A DNA stretch of 64,000 bases, from positions 21,656,871-21,720,870 of the forward strand of contig NC_092676.1 of NCBI RefSeq assembly GCF_964355755.1. Direction: 5' to 3'. This stretch comes from Antedon mediterranea (Eukaryota > Animalia > Echinodermata). Under the pieces are notes generated by a model. That model worked only from the letters and a program-made list of their open reading frames with translations, was not told the origin of the DNA and made no database searches. Both the position numbers and the translations under genes were made by a program. How positions within the stretch are numbered: the stretch's first letter is position 1; each line of letters opens with the position of its first letter. Shown one piece after another: positions 26,700 through 38,317 of the stretch.

Positions 26700-27010
26700 A
26701 TTAAAACAACTTACGCTGTTTTTATACTGCCCCAATGATGCTAATTAAATTTAAATAAAAAAAAGGCACTTAAAACTTCCTTTAGGAAATGTGTCCACTA
26801 TTAAGATTGGTCAAAAAACCTTTAAATAATTAGGACGACCCTCCCATAAGAGTGACCATTCGATTAAGCCTTCGGCCAAGTCGAAAACTCGGAGCCAGGA
26901 AACTTATTAATAACAGTTGGGAGAATCGTTAAGGATTAATCAAGGACTTGCAATGGTCAAACAATACATACAGGCTAGAAAAATGATTAACAATACCTAT
27001 TCGAATAATA
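26700..27010 (-). promoter_or_regulatory. Putative element-derived promoter block (CCAAT/ATTGG boxes, TATAAAA, splice donor) upstream of family B
   Basis: The minus strand reads cATTGGgcagTATAAAAacagcGTAAGT at ~26735-26708. Related GACCAAT/GACCATT-containing blocks recur at 25630-25840 and 39945-40170, each upstream of a family B copy. Confidence 0.4.
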
Positions 27011-27060
27011 CTGAAACACTAAATTAAAAAACAAATTAGTAGGAAATCCTCGAGAAAATT

Positions 27061-27297
27061 TTATTTAGAAACCAACACAATAATTACAGAAAAGTATAAA
27101 GAAGATGGATACGGCCAGTTGAGGACCAGCTCCCAATTAAGGTCCTCCATCTCAGAGGCCTTCTTTTTCAGAAGGTACCCCAATATGGTATCAGGTGTTG
27201 TGCTGGATAGCAGTTGTCTTACTATCTGATACTCCGAAATATTTTCGACCATCACCTCTAGCACTCCCACCGAAATTGATACTTTAATAGATTCCAT
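27061..27297 (-). CDS. Family A orphan micro-protein copy
   Basis: MESIKVSISVGVLEVMVENISEYQIVRQLL..KKKASEMEDLNWELVLNWPYPSS, with an acceptor AG before the ATG. Confidence 0.65.
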   Translation of the reverse strand: MESIKVSISVGVLEVMVENISEYQIVRQLLSSTTPDTILGYLLKKKASEMEDLNWELVLNWPYPSSLYFSVIIVLVSK

Positions 27298-27329
27298 CTC
27301 TACAACAATACAATAACAATAAACATCGG

Positions 27330-28240
27330 TTCCATGTAGCATTGATGATCGTATGAAACGAAAGTCCTACAAATTCTACAAAATCGATACTTTAATTGAT
27401 TCTACAAATAAATTAGACAATAGCTAATCGATGAGAAGAAATTTATTTTAATGATTCACCAAACATAACCGTAAGGAACTGTGCGATAATTTTAGTCTTT
27501 AATAGATGCTTTGTTGACTATCTTACGTGTTTTTGGCTTGCGCGTTATGCGATTCTTCTCAGCCGTCTTAATTGTATCGGGACCAAAACCCCTTACCATA
27601 TTGGAGACGGTGTCAAAGTTAATTTTCTGAGCGTTTGTAAAATTAAGGGCAAACCCCTTTCTTTACACACGGTCTTCCCTGTGTCCAATTTATATGCGTA
27701 ATTCTTAGGCCCACCAGAAACGAAGGACTCGATGAATTTACCATCTTTAGGATCGACCTCGGTCGTTAACTGACCCAAATAGTCGCCCATGGGAGGGTCC
27801 CAAGCACCGGGTACGTAGATTGCGCTGTCGGTATCGTAATACAGGACATGCTTCTGTAATTGCTCCAACAACTCGTATAATTTAAGTGCGGCAATAGCAA
27901 CTTCAACAATTTGTTGAAGTTGCTATTGCATGAACGGTTATCCGAGCGTTCGATAAAATATCGTAAACTTCGTTAAGATCTTGCGTATATTTAATTCTCG
28001 TGAGATTTTCACGATGATCAAATTTACTCCAAAAACTATTGAGCATTTAATTTGTCGTCCTGATTCAATCTTCTTCGGTTCGATAGTCCGAAATTGAAAT
28101 GTTTATCACCGCCAGCAATAATATCTGGTACGATACAGTTTTTGTTTTTGGTACTCGAGCACGAAATAGCTATCGTAGCCCTGGAGGTTGTGAGCGATAC
28201 ACGTATTATTATGATTATATTTGTACTCAGTAAATACGTA
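27330..28240 (-). pseudogene. Second pPolB copy in shuffled pieces (C-terminus, motif B region, ExoII)
   Basis: YYDTDSAIY..SGGPKNYAY..TVPYGY at 27460-27870; CIAHNLQGYDSYFVLEY (ExoII) at ~28150-28205; 27330-27385 matches 13260-13320. Confidence 0.88.
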
Positions 28241-28241
28241 A

Positions 28242-28445
28242 TAGCAACGTGAAGTGTGACAATAATGCGGCCCGCATTCACATTGCCGTCTTCGAACATG
28301 CACACGAGCAGATCGTGTAATGACTTAGCGCTGCGACATTTCACCTTATCAACTTGATTCTTGATTGCTTCCGGATATTCACCTTCAAATTTTTCCTCGT
28401 TTTCCAAATAATTCTAAGCCAAAACGATCAATTTATCAACATCAA
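28242..28445 (-). pseudogene. Bcl-2-family fragment (BH3-to-BH1 region), probably viral
   Basis: EKFEGEYPEAIKNQVDKV..SLHDLLVCMFEDGNVNAGRIIVTLHVA resembles the BH1 consensus LFxDGxxNWGRIV. It is truncated by a junction to pPolB ExoII. Confidence 0.65.
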
Positions 28446-28621
28446 AACCACCATGATGGTAAAGATAAATCTGCTTCTTTCGATAATCGTCGCTAAAAAT
28501 TACAGAATATAAATTGTCTTTGAAAAGGGCAATAATTTGGTATTTTTGGCAATTTTGATGCATGTTTGCTCCCTAACGCCCAATCTCTTAGTAAATGAAG
28601 GGCGTAAACTGTAATTAAGAC

Positions 28622-29375
28622 CTATGAAGATGAAGGGCGGGGCCAGTCCAAGACCAACTCCCAGTTCAGGTCCTCCATCTCCATTGCCTTTCTCCGCAAC
28701 AGATACCACAATGTCGTATCTGTCTTAGTACTTGCCAGTAGATGTCTAACCACTTTACACGTCTCAATGTTCTCAATGAGAACCTCTAGTACTTCTATGG
28801 CTACGGTAATTTGGCTGAATCCATATATACAATACACAAAATCTTTGAGTAACCTCACATTTGGGATGTTATCGTCAGATAAATTAGCGCGCGATAGATT
28901 AACTATAGCATCAACAGCTCTTTGACATTCGATAAATAAAATATCGTTAGTCAGTTGTGGTTGAAGCGTAATGAGAAACCATATCGGCTTCTCTTTTTTG
29001 CCATTTTTCAATGTTTGTTTTTGACTCCAAGTGCAATTTTTCTATAACCTGTTTGTATTTGATTTCTCTTTGCTCAGATTTGGCGATATGGTTTTGAAAT
29101 TCTGTTAACATCGTATCGAATCGTGTTTGCAAAGTAGCCAGTTTTGTTTCGGTTTCACGCAAATCTTTTCGTGCCTGCTCCAGTTGGCTTACGAGTTGTT
29201 GAATGTCAATGTTAGATGAGGGTAGATTATTGACATCACTGATAAAACCTCTCGTCGATGGATAATTGTCCAATATAGCGTCTTCTATGATTCTTTTTCG
29301 CTTGTACGTACGTTTTTCCTTTTCTTGTAATACCGTCATTTGATCTGATACGCCAGGAATGTTTACTATGGCAGT
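28622..29375 (-). pseudogene. Chimeric family C - family B - family A segment
   Basis: ORFs 28947-29339 (C) and 28622-29011 (B then A: LWYLLRRKAMEMEDLNWELVLDWP). Confidence 0.7.
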
Positions 29376-32128
29376 CTACCATCCTGGTAGACTTTCTCCT
29401 TTTTTTTGTATTATCAGCCATGCAAAATACCAAATTGAGACACTAATTATCGACCGAATATTAATGCCAAGTCCACTGTGTTTTCCGGCGGTCTTTATAA
29501 GTTTGTTTACACTAACGCAACAGCTTCCCTGGGTTGGTAACATTAGCTCATGTTCTACGCCAGGATTGACATAGACAAGCAACTCCCCAAGGTAACGCAT
29601 GGCTTTTTCTGCTGCAGCTTTGAACCTTGAGTCATATGGCCGAGCGGTTAAGGCAGGGGCGCCGTTTACCGTACCTAAAGAGCCAACAGCAACATCGGCA
29701 AGGGTTCGAGGCCGACTCGCTCCTAGTTCTGGTGGTGGAACAAGTCTTCTCGGATAAGGACTATAAACCGTAGGTCCAGTGTACACAGTTATAACCTGTG
29801 TGTACTTTAAAGAAACCCAGTTCATTATTCGAAAAAGAGTAGGGGGTTACCCCGGTGTACTGGTTCACACAATAGCCCCTGTATCAGGGGATTACCACCT
29901 ATCTGACATAAAATAAAATAAAAATAAATAAACCTTCTGTTCACACAGGGCAGAAACTGCCTACTTGCAGCATCATTGCTCATTGCAAATGTAAGAATCA
30001 TGGTCAGAATTTCGTTGGGTAGTCTGTCAAATACAGATATGCTTCCTACGTCTTCCTCATTTACTTCGTCGTCTGTAGGCATATTTACATCGTTTAGACA
30101 TTCTCCAGTACTTTCATTGTTTACTTCTCGATCAACGTATTCACCGTTTTTCCCTTGATGATTAGTATCTTTACCGTTTGCTATTTCAGTTTCTTCATTG
30201 TTTACTTCGTCTGTATCTTCATTGATTATTCCTTCGTCTGTATCTGATTTCTCATCTACAACAATAGGCCTATGATCCAATATGTCTCCTTCAAAAACAA
30301 TCTGGGAACTGTTACGAATGATACTAAGTATTTCCGCATTATTGTTTGTAAGCGACAGGTAGTGCAAATTGAACGTGAAAATGTTGGCATCATTTGGTGA
30401 AATCAACGTTGTTCCTCCATTTAAAGAACTTATGACCAATATCTGAATGTTAAAAATATCGGCGATTGCCTGTAGTGTTATTTGGTCACCATAAGTTCCA
30501 TTTCTTGAAATGCGGTTAAGATAATTTTCTGGCATTTCTGTAATAAATGCCGACCATTCCCTCTCGTTCGTAAAGTGTGAGTTGGTTTGTAGGTAATGAA
30601 CAACTTCCTGTCTTAGAGTAATATGGGATCGATAGATTCCCATTGTTATCAATTGATCAGATACTGCACTAAATTGGCAATTACCATCTCCCTTCGGATT
30701 AAGGCGTACGGAAAGTCCATAGTTTTCCAGTAGTTGCTCAATTCTGTTTTCTTGCGTTAAAATTATATAATATTTGTTATGGTGTTTACTTCTTGGATAA
30801 GAGACTTGTTCACGTTTGTTTTGATTAGACAAAGTATCTGCCGTTATGTTTACCACATTAAACCATTGTTTCGTTTTCTTATTCATGCGGGGATGTTTAA
30901 AGGCAACTCTATATTTGTGTATATTTAATTTTCTTTGGGTAATTCTGCCAGGCAATATTGTCATTCTGTTTGTCACTCTCGATCTCTTACTTGCTAATCG
31001 AACAAGAACCTTGTCCCCGACATGATATCTTGGTATCTTAAGACTCCTTTGCTGGCGTACTCTTTGTCTTTTATCTGCCCGTTTTGTTGCGGCGGAAGCC
31101 TGTTTCCTGATGAGTGCCACTTTTCTATGCCATTCCTGTATATTTATTGTTCTATTGTTTATTTTACTGCATGCCTCATCCGAGCATCGACCAAAGAAAA
31201 CATTAAATGGGGTGTTCCAACCCAAAACTTCTTTAGGTTCGTCATTTATTATCTTTGCATATTCGGGAAGTTTACGTACCCAATTTACACCGTGTTTTTT
31301 AGAAATAAGGTCAAATAACATCTTTGATCGCAGAATTCGATGAGATCTCTCTACCTTTCCCTGGGATTCAGGGTGGTATGGGGCACTCATTATATCTTTG
31401 ATTCTCCTATAATTTAACATGTCTTTTACTTTTTCTTTAAATTCAGTTCCTTGATCGTGCTGTACATATGTTGGAGTACCAAATACGTCAAATATTGCTG
31501 ACAAGTGGCGTGCCACATTTCGGCTTGATTTCGTTTCAATAGGACGTAATCATGTATATCGGCTAAAGACATCAATTGCAGTTAATATGTATCTGAAACC
31601 TTTTTTCTTGTACGTAGCTGCGGTTCTCATTTTTAGAAGATCTATCTGAATTCTTTCCATTACGTGTTTAGCTGTAATAGGTATATATGGTACTTTGTTT
31701 GTAAATCTTACATTCATGCGCCGATGTATTGTGCATTTCGTTAATATGTTGTGAACGGCTACTTCTGAAATACCGGAAAACTTTTTCTTAAGTCTATGAT
31801 ATATGCGCCTTGCTCCTGATCCCTTCGCTTTGAAATATTCGCCCATAACAATATCTTGCACCTGTGATTTCTTCACTACCTTTTCCCCATCTAGATATAT
31901 TTCTGGAGGTTCACCTTGTACAGTTAATCTTTCTTTATACCTGTTATATCGTGTTATTGCGGATCTTTCTGTAACGGTTCTGTTTGCGCATGGGACGTGG
32001 AATGTGCCTTTGATGAGTTTCACTATGATGTTGTAAGTGTCATCGTCCATTGCCGATGACTTTCTTTTTCCACATTCAGACAGTCCAACTAAAAGCAGGA
32101 TTAGCCATAGAAATCCTAAAATCTTCAT
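29376..32128 (-). pseudogene. DDE integrase + OTU deubiquitinase-like + F-box-like fusion protein (one in-frame TGA, one SINE insertion)
   Basis: Integrase IQIDL/HDQGTEF/QGKVERSH; OTU GDGNCQFSAV..HYLSL; F-box FDRLPNEILTMIL..VNRRF. TGA at 31550-31552 joins two in-frame ORFs. Removing the SINE restores VNRRFKAAAEKAM. Confidence 0.85.
29629..29930 (+). mobile_element. Full-length tRNA-derived SINE with target-site duplication
   Basis: A box TGGCCGAGCGGTTAAGG, B box GGTTCGAGGCC and an (AAAAT)n tail. TSD AACCTT at 29623-29628 and 29931-29936. Confidence 0.9.
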
Positions 32129-32254
32129 CCTAAAAAATAGAAATAGAAAATGATTAATATTAATATTAGTAATAGTAATAGTAATATTAATATTAAAATT
32201 ATTATTACTACTAGTAATACTATATAATATATTATTATTACTATTACATTTTAT

Positions 32255-32476
32255 TAAACTTGGTTCTTTAAAGTGCACACTGTGTATACTGGACTTCTTC
32301 AAGTTCACACAGGTAAACTGTGTATATTGGACCTACGCTTTATAGCTTTTATCTGAGAAAACTTGTTTCATTCCACCACCAAAACTAGGAGCGAGTCGGC
32401 CTCGAACTTATACTATTGGATCTTTAATTACGGTGAACCGCGGCCATGCCTTAACTGACCGGTCAAAATATGACTC
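32255..32476 (-). mobile_element. Older copy of the same tRNA-derived SINE
   Basis: The reverse complement matches 29629-29825 (ccaccacc..actaggagcgagtcggcctcgaac; atatgactc). Confidence 0.8.
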
Positions 32477-34557
32477 AATGATAAGTTAAAAGATACAGTC
32501 ACAAAAGACAACTGAAATTGCGACATCAATCAACTGTATACTAAAGTACCTAGGCCCCACCTACTGACCATGCTCCACTGCAAGGAAGATGGCAAGCATG
32601 GCGGGGATTCTGGATGTACGCCTACGTGCCTAACACAAACTTTGCATGAAACTTGTTAGATTAGGCCTATACAAAAACCTAATTGTAAATATCCACGGGT
32701 TTTCCTAACATACTATTATGTATTCAATATAAAGCGACTTACGTATTAATTTCATAAATGCAGGTTTTAATAATCTGTTTAGGTCTACAGTTTTACCAAA
32801 AAAACTACAATTATGTCCGATGATGCAGATTGACACGTGGTAGGTGCTTGCTGAAGATGCCAACTTCTGTGGGTCGAGTAGTCGGGTCAAAATATGAAAA
32901 TATAGGGCCTAACCCCAAAAAAATTGCAAGAAAATGTTTTTTGATGTATTACAATAAAATATGGTCTCAAAAAACATATATCAAAAGTTTACTCAAATCG
33001 GACTACCGCAAATGTTCACAATTTAACGTTAAAAAAGATGGCCGCCAATTTTTAAAAATCGGCAACCGCTTGTAGTAGACAGCTATATTTGGTGTCAAAT
33101 TGTTCAAAATATATATGTTTATATAGTTGAAACATGACCGGAAATTCCATTTTGTGACCTTTGACATATGGAATGACGTTTATATATCTACGTAACTGCA
33201 AAATCACCGAGTCTTGATATTGGTGTTGAAATGTTCAGAACATACATATTTATATTTACTGTTTTCATACATTTTGTTAAAAAATAACCGAAAACATAAG
33301 GTTTTGACCGTTAATACTTAGGCACGAAATATTTTCACAACATCTACATGAGACATGTTACGCGAATGATGTTTATGCAGAGCCTGTAATCAGCTTTAAA
33401 CGCACTTAGACACACAGCGTGTTGAAGATTCAAACGTAGTGTTTTATAAAAATTCTTAAATATAGAATACCTAATTTATTCCTAACTTGATTACAGATTA
33501 ATATAGAGGAATCTTTATTTGTAATAACTGCCAAGTTTGGGGACGTTCAGTTTAATTGTTTATTCCGACATACCACTCTTCTGCTCCTTTGTAATTTCGT
33601 CCTCGTATAAATTCTCCACACACTTTCCAAAAAATCTGGAATGGGAATATTTGATGCACATTTACATTTCGATGGAGAGTTCAGACGAGTATACAATGAT
33701 AGAAAAATAACGGGTTAGGAATTATAAAATTATTTCCATTATTAATTTTTTACAGTATTTTTTTCTCGAATAATCAAAAAATGATTGTTTTAACATTTAT
33801 TAGTATGATGCTATACATTCAAAACCATTTACTATTCCAAGAAAATATTAATTTTCAGAAGATAGCATGACTGTCACTGATGTCTTAAACAATTCTGTTA
33901 AACTAATATTACTAATCATTGACATAGTAGAAGAATATACAACACTATAATTAGTTATTATGATATTGAACATTTTAGATTTATTCTACTCTTTTCCCCA
34001 TTGTTATTTCTACTCTGAAATATAAAATGGAATAGGAGTTTGGTTGAAGAAATGCTTTGCACATTTGTAGAATACCTTTTGCACATTTAACGTCAAAACT
34101 GATCGTTTTTACATTTAACGGCGTGATGTTTGCACATTTGCGGGTAATGAATTTTTACAGATTTGCACATTTGAAGGTAAAATGTTTGCACAAATGTGGT
34201 TTTTTGCACATTTGAAGGTAAAATGTTTGCACAAATGTGGTTTTTTGCACAAATGTGACTTTTTGCACATTTCACGGCTCCACACGGTACTATCTGGCAA
34301 AATTTATACCACCACCTAAATCCCGCCCAGAACTCGTTTTCAATCATTCTTTGTTGGAAATAATTCTATACAGACAGTACTTTTAATAGGTTTTAAACTG
34401 AAATTCTGATGGGAAATTATAATACTGTAAAGGTTATATCATACTGCTTTCCTATTTACTAAAGAATAACCCATGAATAAATAAAAAATTAGAAAGGAAA
34501 CGCATTGGAACTGTAAACGGAGAAACACGTTGTAAATGTTCGCTTACACAAGCTACT

Positions 34558-35814
34558 CTACGTGATCAAGAGGTAAACTTTCAGACAGATCTTGTACAAC
34601 CTGTATGACGTTATCGCATAAATCCGCCATAGAAAGGCTGCCGGCTTCAGAAATACTTTTACCGGTGAATCAAAGCCCAGATCGCCAAATACAAAATCCT
34701 TGAGTAATCCCACATCTGGGGTAATATCGTCAGATACATTAGCGCGCGGTAGACTAACTATAGCGTCAACAGCTCTTTGACATTCGATAAATAAAATATC
34801 GTTAGTCAGTTGTGGTTGAAGCGTAATGAGAAACCATATCGGCTTCTCTTTTTTTCCATTTTTTTCAATGTTTGTTTTTGACTCCAAGTGCAATTTTTCT
34901 ATAACCTGTTGGTGTTTAATTTCTCTTTGCTCAGATTTGGCGATATGGTTTTGAAATTCTGTTAACATCGTATCGAATCGTGTTTGCAAAGTAGCCAGTT
35001 TTGTTTCGGTTTCACGCAAATCTTTGCGTGCCTGCTCCAGTTGGCTTACGAGTTGTTGAATGTCAATGTTAGATGAGGGTAGATTATTGACATCACTGAT
35101 AAAACCTCTCGTCGATGGATAATTGTCCAATATAGCGTCTTCTATGATTCTTTTTCGCTTGTACGTACGTTTTTCCTTTTCTTGTAGTACCGTCATTTGA
35201 TCTGATACGCCAAGAATGTTTACTATGGCAGTCCAATCACTGCTTTAATGTGATTCGATCGCTCCTCCCACAAATCGAGCAAATAGTGTTTTGTTGATAG
35301 AATTGGTTTTGGCAATATTCGCAATGGGGGTGGCAACACCATTATTTTTCTCCGATGTGCACGGTGTGGAAAAAGCACCGTTCAAAGTTATGGGATACTT
35401 CAACAACAACCGTATATTCAAATTGATAAAAAAGAAAAACGAACCTATCACCGTCATTTGCAACTCTTCCAGTTTGTCGTTGTCCAATTCGTTTTCTAGA
35501 GTGAATTCTTGCCGCATGCGTCGTTTTACAGTTATCGGCATGATGGCGGAGACAACTCCATTTGGAGTTCGAAGTCGAACGCCATTCATCGGCGACGACA
35601 ACGCAACATCATCGTCATCATCGCATTGTGGACTGTATAGACAGCCGAGTGCCATATAGAAACAAATACGTTTCACGTCGCCATTGGTTATGTCAAAAAT
35701 CGGCACGACAAAGTCAGCAACACAGTTTTTATTACGTGAAGAAACGTTCATGTACACGTTATTCCTACCGTATTGTTGCATTCTTTTTTTTTCTATTCTC
35801 TTCTCCAAGTACAC
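34558..35814 (-). pseudogene. Longest family C copy with family B module at its C-terminus
   Basis: ORFs 35245-35814 and 34558-35196. Family C ends ..MVSHYASTTTD, which aligns with the family B start SQYASTSTD. Confidence 0.65.
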
Positions 35815-35849
35815 TCATAGATTTATTTTCTACTGAGGATTCGACAAGT

Positions 35850-36700
35850 CGCTTCAAAAACACTTTGACTAACTGGCAAATCAAAGTCCCGGTCGTTAAA
35901 AACAAAATCCTCCAGTAACCCAATATCGGGGGTAATTACCGTCAGTTACAATAGAGTTTATATTAGACCGCGATAGGCTAACTATAGCTTCAACTGCTCT
36001 TTGGCATTCGCTAAACAAACTATCGTTAGAATCGGATGAGGTGGAAGCGTGAGGTGGAAGCTTAATGAGCCATTGTGAAAGTCAGTAACAAATCTTGGAA
36101 AATCAGTAAACGAATAAAGAATCTTGGAATCAGTTGATGTTGAAGCGTATTGAGACATTGCAAAAAGTGTTATTCCAAATTAAAAGAACAGGAGATGGTT
36201 AATTAGAAAAGGGGTACGGAAAATCTAAAACCAGATCCCAATTCATGTCCTCCATCTCCATGGTCTTTCTTCGTAATAGATACCACAATGTGTGGTATCT
36301 GTCGTTGTGGTCAGTAACAGATCGCTCACTACTTGGTACTCTGCTATGTTCCTCCATCTCCACAGCCTTCTTTTTCATTGGATACCACAATGTGGTATCT
36401 ATCGTTGTCGTCGTTAGCAGCTCCCTCATCACTTGTTACTCGGGAATGTTACCAATGAGTACCTCCAACACTCCCACAATGAAATCCTCAATGTGGTATC
36501 AAGTCGAACCACATTAATCGGAACAGCATCTTCATGTTCAATTTGTGGATTTTAGAGACACGCCAGTACCATATAAAATGAAATAATGTTTACCACGTTC
36601 ATGTACACGGTGTTTCTACCGCATTGCTGCATTCATTTAGTTCAGTTCTCTTCTCCAAATGCATTCATAAATTTATTTTCAATGGTTGATTCTACAAGAC
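35850..36700 (-). pseudogene. Mosaic of family B, two family A copies and a diverged family C N-terminus
   Basis: B at 35850-36073; A at 36199-36345 and 36349-36480; MQQCGRNTVYMNV..FYMVLACL at ~36520-36635. Confidence 0.65.
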
Positions 36701-37394
36701 GCGCGCGGTTGTGTTTTTTCGTGGTTGACCAATTTCTTTTTGCCTAATTAATGTAATTTTCTTTTTTTTACAGGTTGAATGTGATACGTTCTTTCAAACG
36801 AATTGGGGAATTGATATTACTTATTTTAGCTGTTTTAAATGATCTACAGTATATCAATAAAAACATTGTGGTGTTTGTATTTTATATTAACATAGTATAT
36901 AATAAGTCAATTATTTCTTTCTTGATTTAGGTTCCCGTGAGCATATTGGTAAAATTAAGCTAGACAAGGTTGGATATTTTACTATTGAAATCAGGGTAAA
37001 ATCATTACAACTATCTCATGTCCATAAGAATAGATTTGTCATAATAACTCTGTACCCTATATTGCCACCTACTTCAAAAGAATTAATAACTCGACTGGTG
37101 GCGTTCAGCATAGTGCTCTAGCTTGCGCGTTCCTCGGCATCCCGCGTTGCTTGATTGAAAACACAAACCGGAATAGAGTACATGAAGTAGATATAGTTCA
37201 TAAAGATTCAGCAATACCATACGTAATTATTATTATATGAGGGATAACTTTTTCGATAAAAATAATTACATAAAGTCTCGATTTTTAGTAATTATAATTT
37301 AGTAATTTTATTACTATATATATTATTTGATAAAAAAAATCATGAGCGCTTTTATCGTACTACGGAGTTAGAGCACTCGTATGCCTCGTAAGAA

Positions 37395-38317
37395 TACCGT
37401 CGTGTTCGGCCGCCAACGAGTTCGGCCGCATGTATTTAGTATGGAACGCCAGGCTTGCTTGCATTGTTTATATTAAATGCATTGTTTAGATTGGCGATCT
37501 CCGTGGCTTATTCCATTTAAAAAATAGGGGTGCATTGCTTTACCGATTTTTCTCTACATTTGTATTATTGTATATAATATTACGATTTCTTTTCAGATAC
37601 AGTTAGATTCATCACAGATAGAGAAAAATGAAAATTATTTTATTTTATTTTATCTTTTTTAATGTTTATTACTAACATACGATTTTTACTAATATCTTAC
37701 TTCTTTACATACATTAAAATTGACTTTATTTCTAGCGATAACATGTTATATTACAAAAGTTCTTAACTAACGTATTTTGCAAATATAAATTATATTTAAT
37801 GTTTATTACTAACATAAGAGTTTTTACTAATTTTTTAACTAATTTAACTAACATACATACATTAGCACTATTCAACGCGAGCATCGCGAGTAATAAGTTT
37901 ACTCGCGGCAAGCATTTGAGAACGTACACTATACTCGCGGTACTCATCCCACAATGTTTCAACTCCATTCTTCTCCAACACTGTTGTTGCTTTGCACGTC
38001 ACATTCTTGTTTCTGAGAAAACATCTCCATGTTGTATTTGCCCGTCTTTGTCTTTGTCTACAAGCGAGTCCTGAAACAACAGAAGGTTAAGTTGGTTTTC
38101 ACAAGAAATGCGATAATAAAAAAAAAAATTACAAAGAATAGATTATAAATATTTTAAGAACTTACATTCCCACGTTTTGTTGTTCCTGCTAATCGCCGAT
38201 AAGTAACGATGTCAGAACAAACGGAAGTTGATGCATAGTTGGCGCTCCATACATAGCGCCTTATATGGGCATTCAAAACATTGCGGCCGAAACCGTTTGC
38301 GGCCGAACACGATGTAC
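37395..38317. mobile_element. Probable non-autonomous TIR element (MITE)
   Basis: Inverted termini tcgtgttcggccgccaacgagttcggccgca / tgcggccgaaaccgtttgcggccgaacacga. TSD not resolved. Confidence 0.5.

Larger units (their letters stand above)
29376..34284 (-). mobile_element. Ginger-like (Gypsy-integrase) DNA transposon, 3'-truncated
   Basis: Integrase ORF without RT/gag. The putative 5' terminus TGTGGAGCCGTGAAATGTGCAA at 34284 is followed by many subterminal AAATGTGCAAA repeats (34055-34275). The other terminus is not seen. Confidence 0.7.

Noticed and set aside
29629-29725. tRNA gene
   Set aside because: It has A and B boxes but no convincing cloverleaf. It continues into a SINE body, A-rich tail and TSD.
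29825-31516. The Polinton's own integrase
   Set aside because: It has separate TGT-type subterminal repeats, OTU/F-box fusions and is far less decayed than the pPolB scraps, so it is better explained as an independent Ginger-like insertion. Not fully excluded.
29630-32476. Terminal inverted repeats of the integrase element
   Set aside because: The inverted match is two SINE copies; one interrupts the ORF and has its own TSD.
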